DNA of 10,772 bases from the IMG/VR virus record IMGVR_UViG_2657245124_000005; one strand, written 5' to 3'. Origin of the DNA: a virus (taxonomy: Duplodnaviria > Heunggongvirae > Uroviricota > Caudoviricetes). The notes beneath the pieces are model-generated. The model was not told where the DNA came from. It saw only the letters and a list, made by a program, of their open reading frames with translations, and searched no databases. Of the stretch, positions 1-7,680 are shown one piece after another; position 1 is the stretch's first letter; each line of letters starts with the position of its first letter. The position numbers and the translations under genes are program-made.

Positions 1-266
1 ATATCGTTACTGCGGCGCAGTTCACGATTTTCACGCTCCAGCTCTTTCAGACGCTGACGTTCAGCGGTGGTGAGCCCACCATCACCGCCCCCGGTATCCC
101 GCTCATGCTGGCGAACCCAGACGCGCAGAGTCTCTGGCGTACAGCCAATCTTTGGAGCAATGGAACAAATTGCCGCCCATTGTGAGTCATATTCGCCCTG
201 ACTTTCCAGAACCATACGAACTGCCCGTTGACGGACTTCGGGGGAAAAACGAGTATTTTTAGTCAT
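1..266 (-). CDS. IS3-family transposase OrfA (HTH N-terminal ORF), 3' end outside window
   Basis: Minus-strand ORF from ATG at 266..264 translating [89 protein letters not shown] with no stop before the window edge. Not in the ORF track because it is open-ended. Confidence 0.8.
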   Translation of the reverse strand, partial: MTKNTRFSPEVRQRAVRMVLESQGEYDSQWAAICSIAPKIGCTPETLRVWVRQHERDTGGGDGGLTTAERQRLKELERENRELRRSND

Positions 267-320
267 CCTGTTTACCTCTTTCTCAGGAAGTTTAGTCTCC
301 AGGATTCCCGGGGCGGTTCA
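1..320 (-). mobile_element. IS3-family insertion sequence (IS629/IS1203/IS3411-like), terminal part; element continues beyond window start
   Basis: Read on the minus strand from 320 the sequence begins TGAACCGCCCCGGGAATCCTGGAGA, a 5'-TG terminal inverted repeat typical of IS3-family elements, followed by a Shine-Dalgarno and the OrfA start at 266. Naming the IS is from memory of OrfA sequences, not a search. Confidence 0.8.
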
Positions 321-460
321 TCACAGCATTGCGGACGAGATCTTACTTTTGAAGGAATTAATCCCTTAAAACCGGCGGCAATGGACGACCAGGTCACATC
401 TTCATGATTATTAGCCGCCCATGCCCCCCAACGCTCAAGAACCATCTGAATATCACGCAT
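321..460 (-). pseudogene. Q antiterminator-like gene (QuuQ/QuuD-like), N-terminal ~46 codons, interrupted by the IS
   Basis: ATG at 460..458 with GGAG 8 nt upstream; translation [39 protein letters not shown]... matches my recollection of lambdoid Q-like (YbcQ/QuuD) N-termini. The frame then runs straight into the IS terminal repeat near 320, so the 67-aa track ORF 272..475 is a chimera. Position downstream of ydfU-like gene agrees with Qin gene order. Confidence 0.5.
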
Positions 461-477
461 CAACTTACTCCACAAAA

Positions 478-1527
478 TTAGGCCAGCACACCAATTGCCA
501 GCGCGCGATCGATAAATCGAAAAATCAGCTCCAGTTGGGAGCCATACTTCTCTTCAAATGCCACGGTATCCGTATGCAACTCGTCGTGATGCTTTCTGCA
601 CAAAGGCAAAACAAAGAGATCATGTGCTTTGGTTCCCATTCCGCCCTGCCCGTGACCAATCAGATGATGCGGATCGTCGGCTGGCATACCGCAGCAAGCA
701 CACGGCTGTGTCTTAACCCAGCGTGTGTATTTCTCCTTAACCCACCGGTGACGTTTAGGCAGCTTCATGAAAGATTCCGGAGACTCTGGATCAACGGTGA
801 TGCTTACCACCGTCTTTTCCTGTGATGGGTTTTGTTGCTGGTGGGCGTGAGGCAACGGTGCAAGATTTTTTGTGCGCTGTTTCAATATGCTGGTGGCGGT
901 CTGCTCTCCCGGTACGATGTCGCTTTCGCGGTACACCGAGCAGATTTTTTCCGCTGGTAATCCCAGCGAGCGACGTAATACCGCTTCCGGTAGCGCGTCC
1001 GCCAGCTGATTGCGGACCGCCCACCAGGATAATTCAGCCAGAGATAATTCACGCTCCTGCGTACCGCTTATTGCGTGACCGATGACGTCAATCATCCATG
1101 CTGACAGGTTTTGATGAGCAAGTTGCTCGAGTGATTCGGATGTCTGGTCACGCAGCTGGTTGTCGCAGTGCCAGCACAACACCATTGCGCCGGTACCATA
1201 TCGGTGAATAACGGTTTCGCTGTGATGATAATCGCCGTGTGGCCACTGGCAGGATTTAATATGGCGCAACAGCCAGTCAGACAATGCACCAGCACCACCA
1301 GCAGCACGAATTACCCGTGCGTTACTGAAAAACGGCAGCAATGTTTTGTCTTCCACCAGCGGCTGGCGAACGGCAGGAACGACCCCGGACGGCAGATTAC
1401 GCATGCTTTTCGGTTCCGGCTCCACCAGTACCCGGGTATTGTGGAATACCGGCATGGATTCACGGCCCGGCTTAACGACCACCAGCCCGAGTTCCGGTAC
1501 CAGAACAGGTCGAAGTAATACCCGCAC
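478..1527 (-). CDS. ydfU: DUF968-family prophage protein (YdfU-like) with C-terminal HNH-like Cys/His motif
   Basis: 349-aa ORF with GTG start at 1527 placed 4 nt after GGAGG that overlaps the upstream stop (translational coupling). C-terminus carries CACCG...[10 protein letters not shown]...CRKHHDELH, a zinc-finger/HNH-like pattern. Length equals what I recall for Qin YdfU. Confidence 0.65.
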   Translation of the reverse strand: MRVLLRPVLVPELGLVVVKPGRESMPVFHNTRVLVEPEPKSMRNLPSGVVPAVRQPLVEDKTLLPFFSNARVIRAAGGAGALSDWLLRHIKSCQWPHGDYHHSETVIHRYGTGAMVLCWHCDNQLRDQTSESLEQLAHQNLSAWMIDVIGHAISGTQERELSLAELSWWAVRNQLADALPEAVLRRSLGLPAEKICSVYRESDIVPGEQTATSILKQRTKNLAPLPHAHQQQNPSQEKTVVSITVDPESPESFMKLPKRHRWVKEKYTRWVKTQPCACCGMPADDPHHLIGHGQGGMGTKAHDLFVLPLCRKHHDELHTDTVAFEEKYGSQLELIFRFIDRALAIGVLA

Positions 1528-1528
1528 G

Positions 1529-1807
1529 TTACCTCCAGAGGCGTTGCTGGAATGTACGGGACGGACGCGGTGGGCGTTCGGAGTAAGGCAATCTGACTGA
1601 GATTATCCAGTGACGGTAGTCGAGGCTAAGGGCTTTTTTAACCTCGTATCCGCGCCTGCGGTAACACTGAATTATCCATTCAGCCTGCTCTTCAGTGCAT
1701 GGTGGATGCTGGAACCAGTCCGATTTGAATGCATGAAAACGCCGTCCGCACCTGCTGGCAAAGACGGCAGAATCATCAGAATTGTGTAATTTGGTATCGT
1801 GCGCCAT
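1529..1807 (-). CDS. hypothetical prophage protein (position equivalent to rem of Qin)
   Basis: ORF in frame with the 129-aa track ORF; first ATG at 1807 gives 92 aa (MAHDTKLHNSDDSAVF...). The track start at 1918 is a TTG with an unconvincing N-terminal extension. Start choice is uncertain. Confidence 0.45.
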   Translation of the reverse strand: MAHDTKLHNSDDSAVFASRCGRRFHAFKSDWFQHPPCTEEQAEWIIQCYRRRGYEVKKALSLDYRHWIISVRLPYSERPPRPSRTFQQRLWR

Positions 1808-2169
1808 CGGTTGTCTCTGCTGGCGCAGCAGGTGCCAGTTGTTCAGGCTGGCGTATAAAGTATAAATAAACTGGTTCCAGTGTAAAGCCCCTACATTAAT
1901 GGAATAAAAGTCAAACAACAGATTGTTGGGATAAACACAACGCTTATTATTAAAAGCGATTAGATAAATTAAATTTTAATGTTATGCAATTTTACCAGAT
2001 CACCATAACATCTCGTTTGAAACCACCAAAACAACAACCATATCAATTTTGATTATGTTAAAGTGAGTAAATATGGAAAACAACAAATCTGCACATTACG
2101 CTCCTTTTTTATCTGTGATACTTTTTGTTTTATGCTGTGTGTGGGCATTATTTTTATAAAAATATTTAC

Positions 2170-2197
2170 AGATAAAATAAACCCGCCGAAGCGGGTT
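2170..2197 (-). terminator. Rho-independent terminator candidate downstream of hok-like gene
   Basis: Minus-strand stem ACCCGC-loop-GCGGGT (2181..2196) followed by UAUUUUAUCU on the minus strand. Confidence 0.5.
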
Positions 2198-2236
2198 AAG
2201 TGCGGGTGCATTGAGGATGCCTGACACATCAGAGGT

Positions 2237-2258
2237 GGCGAGGGATTTCTCCCTCGCC
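2237..2258 (-). other. perfect 9-bp inverted repeat hairpin immediately 3' of hok-like stop
   Basis: GGCGAGGGA tttc TCCCTCGCC at 2237..2258, 8 nt after the stop at 2266; no U-tract, so more likely an mRNA 3' structural element than a terminator. Confidence 0.4.
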
Positions 2259-2265
2259 TGGTCTC

Positions 2266-2421
2266 TTACTCCTCAGGTTCGTAAGCTGTGAAGACAGCGA
2301 CCTCCGTCTGGCCGGTTCGGATTCGTACCTCGCAGAGGTCTTTCCTCGTTACCAGTGCCGTCACTATGACGGTTAAACAGATGACGATCAGGGCGATTAA
2401 CATCGCCTTTTGCTGCTTCAT
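2266..2421 (-). CDS. hokD: Hok-family type I toxin (HokD/RelF-like small membrane protein)
   Basis: ATG at 2421..2419 with AAGGAG 9 nt upstream; 51 aa MKQQKAMLIALIVICLTVIVTALVTRKDLCEVRIRTGQTEVAVFTAYEPEE: single N-terminal transmembrane helix plus conserved C-terminal Cys pattern of Hok/Gef proteins. The track ORF adds 19 in-frame upstream codons from an ATG at 2478. Confidence 0.8.
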   Translation of the reverse strand: MKQQKAMLIALIVICLTVIVTALVTRKDLCEVRIRTGQTEVAVFTAYEPEE

Positions 2422-2779
2422 AGCCTGCTTCTCCTTGCCTTTCGGCACGTAAGAGGCTAACCTACATGTGTCTAGCATGAAATTGGCCTCAGATTAATGT
2501 TAAGCGTCTTGCAGGACGCGTAATGTTAACTGGGGCTTTTCTCTATCTGCCTTTGGTGTTCATGCCTGAGGCAGATAGCCTCAAGCACCCGCAGCAATTC
2601 TACTTAACTCACGTCACCTCGCCAATATAAAATCAATCAGAAAGGCGATCCGTAAGAACAACAGCAAGACAATAAATTGCCATTACAGCCGCAATAGCTA
2701 GCGCACATTTGAGAACCAGCACGACAACCTCCTGTATTGGACGTACACCAGTCCTGATAAATATGAGGCTGTCTCATCA

Positions 2780-2807
2780 TTGATTCAATATAACTATTGG
2801 GTATAGT
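2780..2807 (+). promoter_or_regulatory. candidate sigma70 promoter upstream of the AbiH-like cassette
   Basis: TTGATT (2780..2785), 16-bp spacer, TATAGT (2802..2807). Sequence-pattern only; would imply a ~230-nt leader. Confidence 0.25.
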
Positions 2808-3036
2808 TTCTGTGATTTTGTTCTGTAGAAATGGAACACAACAACCAGTCTCCACCAGCACTTCTTTAAATACGCCAAGTCCGACGCAAGCTAACCTTCT
2901 AGTCCGCTTTGAGCGAACTGTGGAAGCTCGCAAATGTTGTTACATCTGATGAAGGCATTACTCAAAGGAGGGGATAGTAGTCAACGTGGAGCAGGCCATG
3001 TTAGTATTTTTATACAATTCGACTAAGGGAAAAACA

Positions 3037-3906
3037 ATGAGGCTTTACATAATAGGAAATGGATTTGACATGCGTCATGGCTTACCAACAGGATACAAGC
3101 ACTTTAAGTCGTATGTAGAAAAAAATGACCAAGATCTATATGACGCGATAGAAGAATACATTCCTGCTGGGGACGAGTGGAATGAGTTAGAAAATGCTTT
3201 AGGTGAAATTGATTATGAGCTTATCCTTCAAAACAGTGAGATATTTTTGGCTTCATACAATACCGATGATTGGAGCGATGCTTATCATCACGATTACCAA
3301 TATGAAGTAAATAAAATCACACAAATGCTGTCAGCTCGTTTGAAGGAGCAATTCGCTGATTGGGTTAAAGGGATTAACATAGCCGATGCTTACAATCCTA
3401 AGCAATACATCCCGCCCATACCAAGAGAAAGCATCTATTTTTCATTTAATTATACAAATACCTTGCAGCAGATCTATGCCGTTCCAGACGAGCAAATCAT
3501 ACATATTCACGGCAATTGTAGTTACGATGACGATCTCATACTTGGTCATAGTTTTAGGGTGGAAAAGTCACTAAATCCATATATAGGACCGGATCAAGAT
3601 ACAAGAATAGCAGAGGCATACGACAGAATAAACGAATACTTCGGTAATACATTCAAGCCCAGCGAAGACATAATTAAAGAAGAAAACGTTTTTTTCTCAT
3701 CGCTTAAAAATGTGGACGAGGTCATCGTTTTAGGCCACTCGCTCGCCGAAGTTGACGGTGAATACTTTACTGAAATAAATAAAAGCATCCAAGAAAATGC
3801 TCGATGGATAGTTGCTTTATATAGAGGTGAGAAAAAATCAGGCAGTTTAGAAGATTATGGTATCAGAGGCTCAAATATTTCTTACGTACAGTATGAAGAT
3901 ATCTGA
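3037..3906 (+). CDS. AbiH-family abortive-infection protein homolog
   Basis: N-terminus MRLYIIGNGFDMRHGLPTGYKHFKSY matches the hallmark IIGNGFD..HGL..Y motif of the AbiH family (Pfam PF14253, from memory). ATG at 3037 is preceded by AAGGGA; in-frame alternative starts at GTG 2986 (preceded by AAGGAGGGG) and ATG 2998. Codon composition is AT-rich, unlike the flanking prophage genes. Confidence 0.75.
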   Translation: MRLYIIGNGFDMRHGLPTGYKHFKSYVEKNDQDLYDAIEEYIPAGDEWNELENALGEIDYELILQNSEIFLASYNTDDWSDAYHHDYQYEVNKITQMLSARLKEQFADWVKGINIADAYNPKQYIPPIPRESIYFSFNYTNTLQQIYAVPDEQIIHIHGNCSYDDDLILGHSFRVEKSLNPYIGPDQDTRIAEAYDRINEYFGNTFKPSEDIIKEENVFFSSLKNVDEVIVLGHSLAEVDGEYFTEINKSIQENARWIVALYRGEKKSGSLEDYGIRGSNISYVQYEDI

Positions 3907-3995
3907 ATGAGACTTCATATTATAACTATAATTATGTAAAAAAGGCTGGTATTTTATACCTTGAGGAAAATAGATAAGAGGAATGAGGTTTGGTT

Positions 3996-5387
3996 ATGAT
4001 GAATTATACTGATGAGTCAACTTTTCTTGAAAAGTACAAACCGTTTAGGAAGTTTTGGACAATTTTATCACCTCATTATGTATCTTTAATGCATGCACTT
4101 GCCAAAATGATAAGGGGAGGGAATCCAATTCAAGAACTACCTTCCAATGATGAGGATTTTCTTGCAGAGTATGAAACCTGTCTCAAAAATTGGAAAGACT
4201 CACAAAAAATCATATCTTTTGAGATTATTATTCGGCTGAGAGATATAAAAAGATTGGAAACTGAAAAAAAAGAGCACCATCGAAACAAGGATAAAGAAAA
4301 TAAAGAAAAGTGTATTGATGAAATAAGTTTAAAAAAATTTGAAATTCTTATTCTTCGCCGTTGTATTGACTCAATAATTTGGAGCATTCTTGATGAAGAA
4401 CACTCTAGTTTGCGGCGTTTACCTATTAATGCAAGCAATGACAATCTATCAGAAGATAACATAATTGATTCTATGGTCGCAGCCGATCTTATCAACCAGG
4501 ACAAACACTCCGTAGCGATTGTCTCTGACATGAGCACATTTGTTCATGTGGGAGATTTAGTCACCTTTAATCTACTGGATGGCTTCCAGCTCGTGGAAGT
4601 TAAAACAGGTGAAAAGAATAATGAGCTTTATGAAGCTGCTGAATTTTCTGTTATCTCAGAATGTCCGCACTTTGAAGAAAACTTCATTAACAATATGCCT
4701 GATAATGATGTTAAGCAATTTAATCGCATAAAAAGGCAAATCATTCGTGGCATGAATGTTCTGGAGGCGATTAATACTGGCGAGGGCTTTGACAACTTTC
4801 ATCAGTCTAAAGTTAAAATCAATGAGATAGATCATCCGTCTGAATTTTATACCCACCGCTTAGTTAAAATGTGGGAGATTATTCGCGGAGGAAAAAATTG
4901 GGCAATTGATACTATTGATGAATGTTTGTTCTTAGGTATGTACCGTGATTCTGAAATGGGCTTTGTTGCCTTCAATGGATGGATGGATAGTCTCGGTATA
5001 AAAAGCCCTGTTGTGAATATAAATGATTCATTCTTTGACCCTTTGTCTCGACCATTTATGAGTTTGCATCTGCCAACTGAAATGCTCTCCGATCTCATGT
5101 CGGGACAAATAATCATCGTCATGTGTTTTGACAATGAACTTTTTTTTCACCGTGCTAACAAAACGTACCCGGGTTTATATCTCCTTAGCGATGCAGCAAG
5201 AACAAAGCAGCCATTAGAAAATATTCTTCGTGTTGGTTCACAAGGGATAGCTTCTTACGTAGATGGGAATACCAGCTTTTTAGGTAATGGTATTGAATCC
5301 CGTATCCTTTTCGATCAGCAACGACCCGACAACATTATTGAGTGGAGCTATGCTAGAAGCGATCTCAAAAAGCAACATGAAGCATAA
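3996..5387 (+). CDS. unknown 463-aa protein co-oriented with AbiH-like gene; putative PD-(D/E)xK-like nuclease motif
   Basis: ATG at 3996 with GAGG 7 nt upstream (track start 3990 is TTG). Long uninterrupted AT-rich ORF, 89 bp after the AbiH-like stop. Contains HVGD(189)LV...LVE(203)VK(205) by track numbering (nt 4554..4604), the spacing of a PD-(D/E)xK core, and a Lys/Glu-rich stretch (RDIKRLETEKKEHHRNKDKENKEK). No Walker A motif seen. Confidence 0.7.
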   Translation: MMNYTDESTFLEKYKPFRKFWTILSPHYVSLMHALAKMIRGGNPIQELPSNDEDFLAEYETCLKNWKDSQKIISFEIIIRLRDIKRLETEKKEHHRNKDKENKEKCIDEISLKKFEILILRRCIDSIIWSILDEEHSSLRRLPINASNDNLSEDNIIDSMVAADLINQDKHSVAIVSDMSTFVHVGDLVTFNLLDGFQLVEVKTGEKNNELYEAAEFSVISECPHFEENFINNMPDNDVKQFNRIKRQIIRGMNVLEAINTGEGFDNFHQSKVKINEIDHPSEFYTHRLVKMWEIIRGGKNWAIDTIDECLFLGMYRDSEMGFVAFNGWMDSLGIKSPVVNINDSFFDPLSRPFMSLHLPTEMLSDLMSGQIIIVMCFDNELFFHRANKTYPGLYLLSDAARTKQPLENILRVGSQGIASYVDGNTSFLGNGIESRILFDQQRPDNIIEWSYARSDLKKQHEA

Positions 5388-5649
5388 GCCGTTGGATGGG
5401 ATTTCCCATGAATTGCCATGGATAATCTAGACACTTCGAGCCGTTGATAATGTTGATTTTCGTATTCTGTCGGTGGAGTATCCCGAAAGGTATAGAGCAA
5501 AACCTGGAGAAAACACACAGCATCCCATTTTAATCTTTAACTCTGACCTTCCATAATGTCCGCTGTTGGCACAAAGCGGACAACCACGCTAGCTCTACCC
5601 TGTGCCACAAAATGTCAATTTGCATCTGAACTAATGCACTTTAATCTCG

Positions 5650-6072
5650 TCACTTCAATAAATACCGAACATCCCCCTGATAAAACGACAATATGCGCTG
5701 CATAACTTCGCTTTTACGACACTCAGTACAAATCATATTATGACGCCTGTCGTAACGACGTATTTCTCCATCAGGTAATGACCAGATAAGGTCCGGATCA
5801 ACCGCAGATGGTTTCTTCAGCTTTGCCCTTGAGAGCTTTTTACGGGCATTTTGCCAGTCCTTACGCGCCTGTTCAGACGGGAATAACCCGTAACCAGAGT
5901 TGTATACATCGCCACTGGCAACCAGCTCTCTGGCCAGAACGCTCATCAGATATCTTGTTGCCCCAGTTTTAGTTTCCAGTTGTCGTAACGTCTCGCGCCC
6001 ACTCTGGCGTACGAGTTCAACAACCTGCCCTTTAATTTTTTCCCGCTCTTCTTGTGTAAAAACTTTTGCCAC
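5650..6072 (-). CDS. hypothetical prophage protein (140 aa) downstream of replication initiator
   Basis: GTG start at 6072 with AGGAGG 4 nt upstream; basic protein with a CTEC motif. Occupies the place where lambdoid phages usually carry P/DnaC-like loader genes but is too small and has no Walker A motif. Confidence 0.55.
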   Translation of the reverse strand: MAKVFTQEEREKIKGQVVELVRQSGRETLRQLETKTGATRYLMSVLARELVASGDVYNSGYGLFPSEQARKDWQNARKKLSRAKLKKPSAVDPDLIWSLPDGEIRRYDRRHNMICTECRKSEVMQRILSFYQGDVRYLLK

Positions 6073-6112
6073 AAGCCCTCCTGAAAATTACCTCATGACC
6101 AGAAATTAACAC

Positions 6113-7183
6113 TTACCCCCTGAAGCCCGGCGGAATTTCGTTATCCGGTTCAGAAATATGATTCACACAACGCTGGTTGTTCGTGCCGCTTACCGGGAGC
6201 AACCAGGGGTTCTCAAAATTCCGGTCCGGTCCAAAAAACGTCGTCGCTCGCTGAACAAATTCCGTTCCCGTTTTCCCGGTAGCCGCCAAGTATCTTGCGT
6301 AACGCCTCACGCCATCCAGCATGGCCTCTGGTGGCACCCCCTCGCGTAATCTGGCCTTCCAGGCACTGAAAGCGGATTTCTTCGGGTTTGCTCCGGCACG
6401 CAACGGGTACTCCCGCCAGACCTGTTCGAACACATCCGGATAATCCACTCGTCCCACAGACTGCCCGGTGTTTTCCGGGACTACCCGATCGGCTTCCCGC
6501 TGAATGGCGGAATCGGCTTCGGGCTGCTGCAGTTGGTGTGATTGCTCCGGCCTTGCGGTCATCACCTGCTGCACAGCGCCCGAATCGGCTTTCAGCGCAT
6601 ACGCTGAATCGGCTTCCGGTGTCGTGCCTGCTGGCTGACCAAGATTGACGGTCTGAACATCCCCTGCCTGGTTCGTGGCGTTTTTTACGCCATGGACCAT
6701 AGTGTTTTGATCTTCTTGATCTGTATCTTTATCTGTATCTTTATCTGTCGTGACTCGTCGTGACATGTGCGTGACATTTCGTGACGCGCCGTGACAATCG
6801 CCATTTTGTTCCCGCTTTCTTTCCCTCTCTCGCTGCGCCCTCTTGCGCTCTGCAGGAGATTTTGCGGTTTGCGAAATATTGCCGTTGTCCTCTTTAAGCA
6901 CCTGGCGTTTTTCCCATCCAGTGATTAAATCACCATCAAGTACCCGCCCCTGCATCGTCTGCAAAATTGAATCAATCACCTCTTCTGTCACGTCGAGCGC
7001 ACTTGCCAAATCTTCTGTCGTGACATCAATGTGACCTCGCGTGACATTTCGTGACGCGCTCACCAAGAGGTGGATATACACTGCCATCACTGTTGCAATT
7101 GGCTGCCCTGACACCCTGGCAATTGTTCGCCACTTAGGGTCATTTGGCATGTCATGCCATAATCTGAGCCAGGCGTTAGCCAT
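6113..7183 (-). CDS. phage replication initiation protein (O-like / replisome organizer)
   Basis: ATG at 7183 with GAGGTG upstream (track GTG at 7189 also possible). N-terminus WLRLWHDMPNDPKWRTIARVSGQPIATVMAVYIHLL resembles the phage replisome-organizer N-terminal HTH domain; the gene contains two iteron clusters, as lambda O contains ori. Confidence 0.7.
   Translation of the reverse strand: MANAWLRLWHDMPNDPKWRTIARVSGQPIATVMAVYIHLLVSASRNVTRGHIDVTTEDLASALDVTEEVIDSILQTMQGRVLDGDLITGWEKRQVLKEDNGNISQTAKSPAERKRAQRERERKREQNGDCHGASRNVTHMSRRVTTDKDTDKDTDQEDQNTMVHGVKNATNQAGDVQTVNLGQPAGTTPEADSAYALKADSGAVQQVMTARPEQSHQLQQPEADSAIQREADRVVPENTGQSVGRVDYPDVFEQVWREYPLRAGANPKKSAFSAWKARLREGVPPEAMLDGVRRYARYLAATGKTGTEFVQRATTFFGPDRNFENPWLLPVSGTNNQRCVNHISEPDNEIPPGFRG
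6712..6747. repeat. short tandem repeat (12-bp unit TCTGTATCTTTA, about 2.5 copies) inside the replication gene
   Basis: gatctgtatctttatctgtatctttatctgt; encodes TDKDTDKDTD in the O-like protein. Confidence 0.6.
6750..6795. repeat. iteron cluster 1: five GTGAC motifs phased every 10-11 bp
   Basis: GTGAC at 6750, 6760, 6771, 6781, 6791. Shares the 19-mer GTGACATTTCGTGACGCGC (6771..6789) with cluster 2. Confidence 0.55.
7020..7059. repeat. iteron cluster 2: four GTGAC motifs phased every 10-11 bp
   Basis: GTGAC at 7020, 7031, 7041, 7051; exact 19-mer GTGACATTTCGTGACGCGC at 7041..7059. TCTTCTGTC also occurs twice (6981..6989, 7011..7019) with an inverted GTCAC at 6987..6991. Confidence 0.55.
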
Positions 7184-7254
7184 ACTCACCTCTTTTGATA
7201 CCGAATCTTTTTACTCACAAATTGCCGGAAGTGATCCGGTATGAATATTGCGAG

Positions 7255-7680
7255 TCAATGCACAGCCACAATATTTCCTGCAGGGCCACCACGATTCATC
7301 TGGTTGAAACCAGCGATCGCCACTGCGACAAAATCATCAGCGTCTCTCACCAGTCGTTCCCGCGTCTCCACTAGTTCCCGAAAATAGGCTGAGCTATGAC
7401 TGCGCATTCGGGCCACCAGCAGAGGTGGCATTGCTTTTTCGATAGCTGGTAACAACGCCTGAATTTTTTTAACCGCATCAGGGGTGTCTTTCTCCACCCA
7501 GCGGAAAATTTTCTGAGTATTGCGAGCCAGGGCTTCCGGATGGCTGTCGTCATACAGTTCCGGGAACGTCATTCCCAGCTCGAAATACGCTTTGGTAATT
7601 TTCGCAGCCGGTACTTTTTCGCCGTCCGGATGCGCCCAGGCATTCATCGCCATGCGGATGTGTTCATGCTTGATTTTCAT
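7255..7680 (-). CDS. ydaT: YdaT-family protein (CII-like regulator of Rac/CP-933P-type immunity regions)
   Basis: ATG at 7680..7678 overlaps the upstream gene's stop (ATGA). 141 aa starting MKIKHEHI, which I recall as the YdaT N-terminus; it sits directly after a Cro-like gene, as in ydaS-ydaT. Confidence 0.6.
   Translation of the reverse strand: MKIKHEHIRMAMNAWAHPDGEKVPAAKITKAYFELGMTFPELYDDSHPEALARNTQKIFRWVEKDTPDAVKKIQALLPAIEKAMPPLLVARMRSHSSAYFRELVETRERLVRDADDFVAVAIAGFNQMNRGGPAGNIVAVH

Noticed and set aside
272-475. 67-aa track ORF
   Set aside because: Chimeric: its first ~46 codons are the Q-like N-terminus and the rest is read-through into the IS terminal repeat. Annotated instead as a Q-like pseudogene fragment.
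421-1600. Track ORFs 421..825(+), 791..1024(-), 822..1085(+), 1092..1307(-), 1168..1518(+), 1346..1600(+)
   Set aside because: All lie within or antisense to the 349-aa DUF968/YdfU-like gene, lack SD sequences and have low-complexity, Arg/Cys-rich translations typical of off-frame readings of GC-rich coding DNA.
2637-2933. 98-aa minus-strand ORF upstream of hok
   Set aside because: Cys/Gly-rich implausible translation and no SD; the region more likely holds regulatory or leader sequence. It is not RelE-like.
3386-5134. Track ORFs 3386..3574(+), 3594..3788(-), 4130..4537(-), 4656..4856(-), 4847..5134(-)
   Set aside because: Embedded in or antisense to the two long cassette ORFs; AT-rich DNA produces such spurious frames.
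7211-7240. Short hairpin CCGGA-AGTGA-TCCGG between the YdaT-like and O-like genes
   Set aside because: Only a 5-bp stem and no U-tract; insufficient to call a terminator.
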